From a virus (Duplodnaviria > Caudoviricetes): DNA of 28,753 bases. Position 1 is the first letter of the stretch; each line of letters opens with the position of its first letter. The stretch lies in IMG/VR virus record IMGVR_UViG_3300029930_000012, positions 1-28,753 of that record. The stretch is one strand, 5' to 3'. This document shows positions 6,961-14,779 of this stretch, piece by piece. The notes below the pieces were generated by a model, which worked only from the letters and a program-made list of their open reading frames with translations, made no database searches and was not told where the DNA came from. The position numbers and the translations under genes were made by a program.

Positions 6961-8694
6961 ATGTTAAAGAGGAAGCAACGATATGGAAAACTTTCTGATG
7001 ATAATTGGCTGGGCGGCGATCGTTTATCTTCTGTTAGAAGGGAAATAGAAGCAAAAAAAGATCGGCTTGCCCTGTTTTCCGGCACGGAATTTGAGGAATA
7101 TGATTCTCTCGTAAATATTTATCGCGAGGCCCTTCAAGGCAGCCTGTATTTGTTCTTGCGTGAATTCTGGCGATACATCGACCCGTCCGAATTTACTGAG
7201 GGCAAGGCCATTCAGGCTGTTTGTCGGCATCTTGAGGCGGTGAAAGATGGCCATATCAAGCGCCTGATCATCAACATTCCTCCGCGCTGTGCGAAGTCCT
7301 CAACAACGAGCGTTGCGTTTCCTGCATGGGTATGGGCGCAAGAAAAGGCGCATTGGTCGCCGACTTGCGGGCCGGGCGTTCAGTTTCTCCATGCGTCTTA
7401 TGCCCAGCAATTGGCTTTGCGTGATTCGGTGAAGTGCCGCCGACTGATTGAAACGCCGATGTATCAAAAGTTGTTCGGCAGTCAGGTCACTCTTACGGGG
7501 GACCAGAACACAAAGACCCGCTTCGATAATACTATGCGGGGCTCGAGGCTCTCTACGTCGGTCGGCTCGGCCCTGACGGGGGAAGGCGGGAACATTATCG
7601 TGGTTGACGATCCGAACGCCGCGCAGGAAGCGTTTTCTGATGCCACAATCGAAAGCACGATTGAATGGTGGGACAGCGCCCTCTCGACGCGTCTCAATGA
7701 CCCGAAGAGCGGCGCGTTTGTGATCATTCAGCAGCGGCTTTCGGAACAGGATTTGACCGGATACATCCTTGAAAAGGACGTGGGCGAATGGACCCACCTT
7801 ATGCTGCCAATGCGGTATGAAGAGGATCGGTCCTATTACACGAACATCGGCTGGAAAGACTGGCGCACAGAAGAGGGCGAACTGCTCTGGCCCGAGCGAT
7901 TTGGCGAGCGCGAAGTGGATTTGCTTGAACGCCAATTGGGCCCATGGGCGGCCGCAGGTCAGTTGCAGCAACGGCCGGAGCCGAAGGGCGGCGGTATCAT
8001 CAAGCGCGAATGGTGGCAGTTGTGGGAGGGCTCCGGATGGCCGCAGTTTGAATATGTGATTGCGGCGCTCGATACGGCTTATACGACAAAGGAAGAGAAC
8101 GACCCGTCAGCCATGACGATTTGGGGTGTCTTCTCCGGCGGAGATCAGGTGGCACAGGCCACGCGTGTGGCTACAAAAGACGGTGAATTTGTCAGCGCGA
8201 TCAGCCGAACATATACTAACAAACAGCCTCGGCGCATGATGATGATTCACGCATGGCAGGGTCGTTATGAACTGCATGAATTGGTCCAGAAGGTTCAAGA
8301 TTCCATGCGAACTTACAAGGTCGATAAGTTGCTGATTGAAAACAAAGCGTCAGGCATATCAGTCTCGCAGGAAATGCGTCGGCTGTATGGTTATGAGGAC
8401 TTTGCGGTGCAATTGATTGATCCGAAGGGGCAGGACAAGGTCGCTCGATTGTATTCGATCCAGCATCTGTTTGCAGAAGGGCTGATCTACACGCCCGAAC
8501 GCTCGTGGTCTGATGCGGTGATTAACCAGATGGCCACGTTTCCGAAGGGCAAGCATGATGACTTGGTGGACACAGTCAGTATGGCTTTGAGGCATCTGCG
8601 CGAGATCGGAGAGATCGTGCGTGACGATGAACGTGAGGCCGAAACAAACCGAAACATGGAATTCACAGGAAGGCCGTTGGAGCCGCTATACTGA
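6961..8694 (+). CDS. terL: Terminase large subunit
   Basis: INIPPRCAKS Walker A, IIVVDDP Walker B, QQRL, nuclease DTAY / IENKASG / FPKGKHDDLVD. Confidence 0.95.
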   Translation: MLKRKQRYGKLSDDNWLGGDRLSSVRREIEAKKDRLALFSGTEFEEYDSLVNIYREALQGSLYLFLREFWRYIDPSEFTEGKAIQAVCRHLEAVKDGHIKRLIINIPPRCAKSSTTSVAFPAWVWAQEKAHWSPTCGPGVQFLHASYAQQLALRDSVKCRRLIETPMYQKLFGSQVTLTGDQNTKTRFDNTMRGSRLSTSVGSALTGEGGNIIVVDDPNAAQEAFSDATIESTIEWWDSALSTRLNDPKSGAFVIIQQRLSEQDLTGYILEKDVGEWTHLMLPMRYEEDRSYYTNIGWKDWRTEEGELLWPERFGEREVDLLERQLGPWAAAGQLQQRPEPKGGGIIKREWWQLWEGSGWPQFEYVIAALDTAYTTKEENDPSAMTIWGVFSGGDQVAQATRVATKDGEFVSAISRTYTNKQPRRMMMIHAWQGRYELHELVQKVQDSMRTYKVDKLLIENKASGISVSQEMRRLYGYEDFAVQLIDPKGQDKVARLYSIQHLFAEGLIYTPERSWSDAVINQMATFPKGKHDDLVDTVSMALRHLREIGEIVRDDEREAETNRNMEFTGRPLEPLY

Positions 8695-8713
8695 CAAGTC
8701 TGAGGGGGACTGG

Positions 8714-9625
8714 ATGCGCGTTTTGGTTACGGGTGGGGCGGGCTTTATCGGCTCGCACCTGACTGCGAAGTTGATCCAGAAGGGCCACAACGTGACCGTC
8801 ATGGACAATCTTTACACAGGCAAGGTCGAGAACATTCCAAGTGGCGCAAACTTCTATGACGGGAACATCATCTATTCTCGGCCGCCGGGCGATTACGATT
8901 GGATCTTCAATCTGGCATGCCCTGCCAGCCCTCGGTGGTATCAGGAGAACCCGCTCAACACTTCACTGACCAATGTGAAGGGCATGATGAACATGCTCGA
9001 AATTGCGCTTTCCTCGGGCGCGCGCATTCTACAGGCATCGACGAGCGAAGTGTATGGTGACCCGCTGGTCTCGCCACAGCACGAAGACTATTGGGGCAAT
9101 GTTAATCCGATTGGTTTGAGGGCTTGCTACGATGAAGGCAAGAGAATGGCCGAGACCTTATGTTATGATTATAGCCGTCAGTATGGGGTGGATATTCGGG
9201 TTGCTCGCATCTTCAATACCTATGGCCCTCGCATGTCGATAAACGACGGCCGTGTGGTCAGCAATTTCATCGTGCAAGCGCTGCGTGATGAGCCGATTAC
9301 AGTCTACGGCGACGGCAGTCAGACGCGGTCGCTATGTTATGTCGATGACACTGTCGATGGCTTGATCGCGCTCATGCAGTCTGACGAGAAGCGCCCGGTC
9401 AACATCGGCAACAATCACGAAATTACGATGATACAGTTGGCCGCAAAGATTGCGACGAGGACGAGAAGCCAGAGCAAGATTGTGTTTGATGATCTGCCGC
9501 AAGATGATCCGCAGCGCAGAAAGCCTGACCTGAAACGCGCAATGGAATCGTTGAATTGGTCGCCGAGCGTATGGCTTGATGACGGGCTTGATATGACAAT
9601 CCAATACTTCAAGGGGATTATATGA
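8714..9625 (+). CDS. uxs: UDP-glucuronate decarboxylase (UDP-xylose synthase), extended SDR
   Basis: TGGAGFIG, NLACPASP, STSEVYGDP, YWGNVNPIG.RACYDEGKR, RIFNTYGPRM, DDP.RRKPD; GAGGGG RBS before ATG 8714. Confidence 0.9.
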   Translation: MRVLVTGGAGFIGSHLTAKLIQKGHNVTVMDNLYTGKVENIPSGANFYDGNIIYSRPPGDYDWIFNLACPASPRWYQENPLNTSLTNVKGMMNMLEIALSSGARILQASTSEVYGDPLVSPQHEDYWGNVNPIGLRACYDEGKRMAETLCYDYSRQYGVDIRVARIFNTYGPRMSINDGRVVSNFIVQALRDEPITVYGDGSQTRSLCYVDDTVDGLIALMQSDEKRPVNIGNNHEITMIQLAAKIATRTRSQSKIVFDDLPQDDPQRRKPDLKRAMESLNWSPSVWLDDGLDMTIQYFKGII

Positions 9626-9628
9626 AGC

Positions 9629-9883
9629 ATGATCTTAATGCGAAATGTTGACCCGAAGGCTGTGGTGAAATGGTTTAACAGTTACGGATCATCGGAGACC
9701 ATAAGATCTAATCCGCACTTGCAACAATGGACAGGCAAGGGTTGGGTTATGAAACTGCAATATGAAGTGGGCGTTATTCACTTCTATCTGATAATTGAAT
9801 TTAGCAATGAGGAACTTGAATATGCCTTCTATAGCAGTTGTCACAGCCACGACTGGACGGGATACTCTCAAGCAAACAATTGA
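9629..9883 (+). CDS. Hypothetical protein
   Basis: ORF filling the gap between uxs and the GT2 gene. Confidence 0.4.
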   Translation: MILMRNVDPKAVVKWFNSYGSSETIRSNPHLQQWTGKGWVMKLQYEVGVIHFYLIIEFSNEELEYAFYSSCHSHDWTGYSQANN

Positions 9884-10502
9884 GAGCGTTGCCGCGCAAA
9901 CTGTTGCATGCAAACACTATGTTATTAATGACGGTGTGCCGATGTCATCTGATTTAATTTCATGTCTTACGCATGTAAACTATTGTTTTTTGCCTGTTAA
10001 AACTGGTGGCAACGGCATGATGAATGGCGGCATCATCGCCGCATCTGCATATCTTGTGCAGGAGGATTTAATCTGCTGGCTAGATGACGACAATTGGATT
10101 GAGCCAGATCACCTTGAAACGCTGCTCGCAGCAAAGGAGGACAAGCCTTATGCTTACTCGCTTCGCAAACTGGTTGAACCAGATGGAACATTATTTGACT
10201 ACGATGACTTTGAGTCTTTGGGCATACACAGCGGTTTTATTGATCTAAACTGCTATCTTATGGATCGCCAGTTAGCGGTTCAACTTGCGCCGCTTTGGTA
10301 TAAGACCACAGGCGATTTGATGGTCGGTGATCGCTATGTGTATGATTGCTTAAGAGGCAACAGTCTCCCATACGGCGAGACAGGCCAATACACAGTCAAC
10401 TATCGTTTGAACCCGAAGCGTGATTTGCGCCCATGGTTCTTCGATGGAAACATTAAAAACCGTGCCAAATATTCCGGCGATCTGCCTTGGAGAAAGCAAT
10501 GA
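9822..10502 (+). CDS. Family 2 glycosyltransferase
   Basis: IAVVTAT.GR..L..TIESV.AQT, INDG, WLDDDN. Confidence 0.85.
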   Translation: MPSIAVVTATTGRDTLKQTIESVAAQTVACKHYVINDGVPMSSDLISCLTHVNYCFLPVKTGGNGMMNGGIIAASAYLVQEDLICWLDDDNWIEPDHLETLLAAKEDKPYAYSLRKLVEPDGTLFDYDDFESLGIHSGFIDLNCYLMDRQLAVQLAPLWYKTTGDLMVGDRYVYDCLRGNSLPYGETGQYTVNYRLNPKRDLRPWFFDGNIKNRAKYSGDLPWRKQ

Positions 10503-11389
10503 ACTTTGCTCAAGCCGTCAGCAAAATGCGCGGCCCCAATAAGATGCACATCATCTGCATCGACGTGACCAACAAGTGCGACCTTGCTTGCTCCAATTGC
10601 ACTCGTCTGTTGGAGAATCAGGACTCACATTGGGACATGACACCTGAAAATTTTCGTGCGGCGCTCCGCAGCCTGAAAGGATACTGGGGCGTGATTGCCA
10701 TGATCGGTGGCAATCCGTGCATGCACCCGAAGTTCAAGGAACTGTGCCAGATCTTTGTCGAAGAAGTGCCGAACCGCATGCAACGCGGCCTGTGGACCAA
10801 CAATTTCTTCAAGCATAAAGACCTGTGCGTTGATACATTTGGGACATTTAACCTAAACAGCCATGGCGCAGAGCGCGCCGAAGGACCATTGGAGGAACTT
10901 GCACAGGTTGCCCGAGAGCGCGGCGGACTTGTCTGGAACTATAAGGGCAATTCACAGCATGCGCCGATCCTGACAGCCATCAAGGATTTATATCCTGAAA
11001 GCACGATGTGGCAGATGATCACCGAATGCGACATCAATCGTGAATGGTCGGCCTCGATTGTGCAGGTAAACGGCGATATTCGGGCCTATTTCTGCGAAGT
11101 TGCGGCCAGTTTTGACCTTGCAAGGGGCGAAGATCATGGCCATCCGGTGGTCGAAGGCTGGTGGAAACAGGGAATTGAGGACTTTTCCGACCAAATCGGG
11201 CATTTTTGTCCGGGTTGCGGTGTCGCGGCGAAGCAAAAACCAGTTCTGGACAAGGAAGAAGTCGATTGCGTGACTGAAAGCAACTTAGATTTGATGAAAA
11301 AACCAAAAAGAACGGTGCTTTATGTGCAATCGGCTGATAGATCGAACGAACCAAGGCGCACAACGCTCTACAACCCAGTGGTGAGATAA
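10499..11389 (+). CDS. Radical SAM protein
   Basis: IDVTNKCDLACSNC (CX3CX2C), IGGNP.MHP, C-terminal C...FCE...FCPGC auxiliary-cluster-like Cys. Confidence 0.88.
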   Translation: MNFAQAVSKMRGPNKMHIICIDVTNKCDLACSNCTRLLENQDSHWDMTPENFRAALRSLKGYWGVIAMIGGNPCMHPKFKELCQIFVEEVPNRMQRGLWTNNFFKHKDLCVDTFGTFNLNSHGAERAEGPLEELAQVARERGGLVWNYKGNSQHAPILTAIKDLYPESTMWQMITECDINREWSASIVQVNGDIRAYFCEVAASFDLARGEDHGHPVVEGWWKQGIEDFSDQIGHFCPGCGVAAKQKPVLDKEEVDCVTESNLDLMKKPKRTVLYVQSADRSNEPRRTTLYNPVVR

Positions 11390-11934
11390 TGAATCACTAT
11401 CATCAGAAGATCCAAGGTTGGTTTCAGTGTGAACCACTTTACCGCCGGATGGTCGAACAGGCCAAAGACGGCTCAATTTTCGTGGAAGTTGGTGTTTGGA
11501 AGGGCAAATCAGCCGCTTTTATGGGTGTTGAGATCATAAATTCGAAGAAAAAGATCGAATTTTACGCTGTCGATCACTTTAAGGGGTCGCCAGAGCATCA
11601 AGATGACCCGACGATCAAAGGAAAAACGCTCAAAGAGGAGTGTTACAAGAACCTTGAGCCAGTTATGAACGTGGTGAAAATGCTTCCAGTGCCATCACTT
11701 GAGGCCGCAGCCATGTTTGCTGATGGTTCCATTGATTTTGTCTATATCGACGGCGCGCACGAGTATGATGATCTGAAGTCAGACATCATTGCGTGGGGTC
11801 CAAAGGTCAAAAACGGTGGGATAATTGCCGGAGACGATTACGGTATCGGTCGGCATCCGGACGTGAAGCGGGTTGTTGATGAGATCTTCCCGTCGGCGGT
11901 CAAGGAAGGTATTGTTTGGATCTATACGAAATAA
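11389..11934 (+). CDS. Class I SAM-dependent methyltransferase (Methyltransf_24)
   Basis: VEVGVWKGKS, AVDHF, DFVYIDGAHEY, GGIIAGDDY. Confidence 0.88.
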   Translation: MNHYHQKIQGWFQCEPLYRRMVEQAKDGSIFVEVGVWKGKSAAFMGVEIINSKKKIEFYAVDHFKGSPEHQDDPTIKGKTLKEECYKNLEPVMNVVKMLPVPSLEAAAMFADGSIDFVYIDGAHEYDDLKSDIIAWGPKVKNGGIIAGDDYGIGRHPDVKRVVDEIFPSAVKEGIVWIYTK

Positions 11935-11937
11935 AAT

Positions 11938-12013
11938 CGGTGAAGGTGGCCCACGAGGGCGAGGCTAGGTCCATTCTAGCAATCGGTGCGGTTCAAATCC
12001 GCTGTCACCGTCA
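11938..12013 (+). tRNA. Atypical tRNA-like RNA, anticodon position CCA (Trp-like)
   Basis: CGGTGA/TCACCG acceptor, GCCC-ACGA-GGGC D-arm, GCTAG-GTCCATT-CTAGC anticodon arm, GCGG-TTCAAAT-CCGC T-arm; no encoded 3' CCA. Confidence 0.55.
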
Positions 12014-12017
12014 TTTC

Positions 12018-12093
12018 GTCGGATTAGCCCAATGGCAGAGGCAGAGGACTTAAAATTCTTAAAGTGATGGTTCGAGTCCATCATCCGACACCA
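12018..12093 (+). tRNA. trnL: tRNA-Leu(TAA), short variable loop
   Basis: GTCGGAT/ATCCGAC acceptor, CT-TAA-AA loop, GATGG-TTCGAGT-CCATC T-arm, A73 + CCA. Confidence 0.9.
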
Positions 12094-12094
12094 C

Positions 12095-12184
12095 GGAGGC
12101 TTGGCAGAGCGGTTGAATGCGTCTGGTTTGAAACCAGAAGAACCTGAAAGGGTTTCGTGGGTTCGAATCCTACAGCCTCCGCCA
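12095..12184 (+). tRNA. trnS: tRNA-Ser(TGA)
   Basis: GGAGGCT/AGCCTCC acceptor, TT-TGA-AA loop, long variable arm, G73 + CCA. Confidence 0.95.
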
Positions 12185-12239
12185 TATCGCTATTGATGCA
12201 GATTTGATGTATTATCCGCCAAATTGCGCGGAGATAAGC

Positions 12240-12455
12240 ATGTCGAGAGTATTGGCTAATGCCGTCGTGGACGTGATCAAGCCAGCCACGGCGACCCATA
12301 TCGGTCACTTTAAGGTCGAAGTATGGGGTCAACCGCCATATGATTACGTCAGAACCTATGAAATTCAGGCAAAAAACGATACAGTAGCCGCTCAAAGCGG
12401 GATCGCCCGTTTCGTAAAAGAAATGGAAGCCCTGCCTCAACCCGAGGAAAATTGA
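12240..12455 (+). CDS. Hypothetical protein upstream of portal
   Basis: GGAG RBS and ATG 12240; abuts the portal gene. Confidence 0.65.
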   Translation: MSRVLANAVVDVIKPATATHIGHFKVEVWGQPPYDYVRTYEIQAKNDTVAAQSGIARFVKEMEALPQPEEN

Positions 12456-12456
12456 A

Positions 12457-14766
12457 ATGCCGACAGCCGGACTCGTCCCTCACAATCTGCGTCTGGTCGA
12501 TGATCAGCAAGCCAGTCCCGTTTATTCTGGTGAAGACGTGGAAGTTCACGTCGATGAAGGTCAACCAAACTTTGAGACCGACGATAAGGGGAATGTGACT
12601 AAGATTGAACATGAAGATGGCTCAATCAGCATTTCCCTTGATGGCCGCCCGATTGAAATGGGCGAATCAGAGGCCGAGAAGGCGAAGGAATGGTTCCGCA
12701 ATCTGGTCGATGACATTGATCCGGGCGAACTGTCCCGCATCGCCGAAGAACTTATGAGTGGCATTGATGACGATTTGTCGAGCCGCCGCGAATGGATTGA
12801 AGATCGCGCGCAAGGAATCAAATTACTTGGTCTCAAACTTGAAATTCCCGGTCTACAGGGGACTGCGGATGGTGCGCCTGTCGAAGGCATGTCGAAGGTT
12901 CGGCATCCGCTTCTTTTGGAAGCGGTCCTTCGTTTTCAAGCCAATGCGCGATCAGAACTGCTGCCAACAGATGGTCCGGTCAAAGTCAGGGTCGATGCAG
13001 TCTCAGACACGGTGCAGCAGGATTTGCTCGCCAATGCGCTTGAGAAAGATCTGAACCATTATCTGACCACGACGGCATCCGAGTATTATCCCGATACGGA
13101 CAGAATGCTTCTGATGCTTGGCTTCGGCGGAACCGCTTTCAAGAAGGTTTATTATTGCCCGCTGCGGTCACGTCCTGTTTCAGAAAGCGTTGATGCGGAT
13201 GATTTGATCGTCAACAACATGGCGACTGATCTGCGCAATGCAAAGCGCGTAACGCATCGCACCTTCATGCGCCCATCGACAATCAAGCGTTTGCAGATCC
13301 TCGGTGTGTATCGTGATGTCGATCTTGGCAATCCGATGCCAGCAGATTTTGACTCCGTGCAGCGTGAGAAAGATGCGCAACAGGGCATTAATCGCGACAG
13401 TTTCAAGCCAGAAGATCGTGATCGCGAAATTTACGAATGCTATTGCGAACTGGACATTCGCGGCTTTGAACACAAATACAAAGGCAAGGTTACGGGCTTA
13501 GAAATCCCGTATCGCGTTACAATCGACGTTTCGACGAAAGAAATCCTATCTATCGTCCGCAATTATGATGAAGAAACTTCGGAACTTCCTGAGTCGCGCA
13601 CCAATTTCGTCAAATACACGTTTGCGCCGGGCATGGGTTTCTATGACATCGGCCTGTTGCACATCCTCGGCAACACAACGAATGCAGTGACGGCAGCGTG
13701 GCGTGAAATGCTCGATGCTGGGATGTTTGCAAACTTCCCCGGCTTCTTGATGGCCGACACAGGCGCGCGCCAGAACACAAACATCTTCCGTGTTCCACCC
13801 GGCGGTGGTGCTTTGGTCAAAACGGGCGGATTGCCTATCAATCAGGCCATCATGCCGTTGCCGTATAAAGAGCCGGGCGCTGCTCTTATGAACCTTGTCC
13901 AGAACATGGCTGAAACAGGACAACGCGTCGGCGGCACATCCGAATTGCAGGTCGGAGAAGGCCGAGCAGATGCGGCGGTCGGCACAACGCTTGCCATGAT
14001 TGAGCAAGCCACAAAAGTTATGAACGCAGTCCACAAGCGACTGCATGCAGCACAGGCTGAAGAATTTCAGTTGTTGGTGCGTTGCTTCCGCGAGCATCCG
14101 GAATCGTTCTGGGATCGCTGCAAGCGCCCGACAGTCGAATGGAACGAGCAGACCTTCATGGAAGCGCTCAACGACTGCGAATTGGTCCCACAGGCTGATC
14201 CGAACACAGCCAGTGCCACGCAGCGCCTGATGAAGATTATGGCCTTGAAGACGCTCCAGAGCGCCACGCCTTCGATGTATGATCCGGTTGCGGTCGATAC
14301 GGCGGCCCTCAAGGCTATGGGCTGGTCTAACCCCGAACAGTTCCTCGTTCCGGCAACTGCGCAGCAAAACCCGCCGCCAGAACTTCTTGAAGCCATGGCG
14401 AAGATTGAGAACGAAAAGCAGAAGACACAGATCGCTGCTCAAGATTCTCAGGTAAAGGCTATGGAAGCACAGGCCAAAATCCAACAGGATAATGAGCGTT
14501 TGCAGATCCAAAGGGTTCAGGCGCAAGCCGATATTATTAAGAAACAGGCCGAGGCTGACTTTAGCGCTGAGGAATTAAATCATAAGACGCATGACCGAGC
14601 ATCGGCCGAGCGTATTCAGTTGATCGACCTTGCCCAGAACTTGGCTGTCCATCCCGAAAGCGCGCCGCTTGTTGGCCCACTTATCGAACCAGCACTCCGC
14701 GAGATCGACGAGCAAGAGAAAATGGCAGGGCTCGGTGGCGCAATGCCACCAACACGTCCACGGTAA
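12457..14766 (+). CDS. Portal protein (P22-like, long C-terminal coiled-coil barrel)
   Basis: 769 aa after terL; HPLL.EAV..FQA.A..EL.P, GTAFKKVY, GFY.IGL.H, TTLA.IEQ, Q-rich tail. Confidence 0.88.
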   Translation: MPTAGLVPHNLRLVDDQQASPVYSGEDVEVHVDEGQPNFETDDKGNVTKIEHEDGSISISLDGRPIEMGESEAEKAKEWFRNLVDDIDPGELSRIAEELMSGIDDDLSSRREWIEDRAQGIKLLGLKLEIPGLQGTADGAPVEGMSKVRHPLLLEAVLRFQANARSELLPTDGPVKVRVDAVSDTVQQDLLANALEKDLNHYLTTTASEYYPDTDRMLLMLGFGGTAFKKVYYCPLRSRPVSESVDADDLIVNNMATDLRNAKRVTHRTFMRPSTIKRLQILGVYRDVDLGNPMPADFDSVQREKDAQQGINRDSFKPEDRDREIYECYCELDIRGFEHKYKGKVTGLEIPYRVTIDVSTKEILSIVRNYDEETSELPESRTNFVKYTFAPGMGFYDIGLLHILGNTTNAVTAAWREMLDAGMFANFPGFLMADTGARQNTNIFRVPPGGGALVKTGGLPINQAIMPLPYKEPGAALMNLVQNMAETGQRVGGTSELQVGEGRADAAVGTTLAMIEQATKVMNAVHKRLHAAQAEEFQLLVRCFREHPESFWDRCKRPTVEWNEQTFMEALNDCELVPQADPNTASATQRLMKIMALKTLQSATPSMYDPVAVDTAALKAMGWSNPEQFLVPATAQQNPPPELLEAMAKIENEKQKTQIAAQDSQVKAMEAQAKIQQDNERLQIQRVQAQADIIKKQAEADFSAEELNHKTHDRASAERIQLIDLAQNLAVHPESAPLVGPLIEPALREIDEQEKMAGLGGAMPPTRPR

Positions 14767-14779
14767 TTGAGAGGCAAAG

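Noticed and set aside
8621-8713. Upstream extensions given by the ORF track (also 1028, 4633, 6128, 9795, 23126, 27029)
   Set aside because: They overlap upstream genes or RNA elements. Downstream ATGs have an RBS or stop/start coupling and match domain starts.
11949-11960. Guanidine-II (ACGA loop) riboswitch
   Set aside because: Single hairpin with the wrong closing pair; it is the D-arm of the tRNA-like RNA.
11938-12013. tRNA-Sec or initiator tRNA-Met
   Set aside because: No UCA anticodon and no long variable arm. CAT is off-centre and lacks U33.
13546-14526. 326-aa minus-strand ORF and other antisense ORFs (e.g. 7300-7971, 2002-2649, 4400-5023)
   Set aside because: They are shadows of well-supported plus-strand genes and carry no recognisable motifs.
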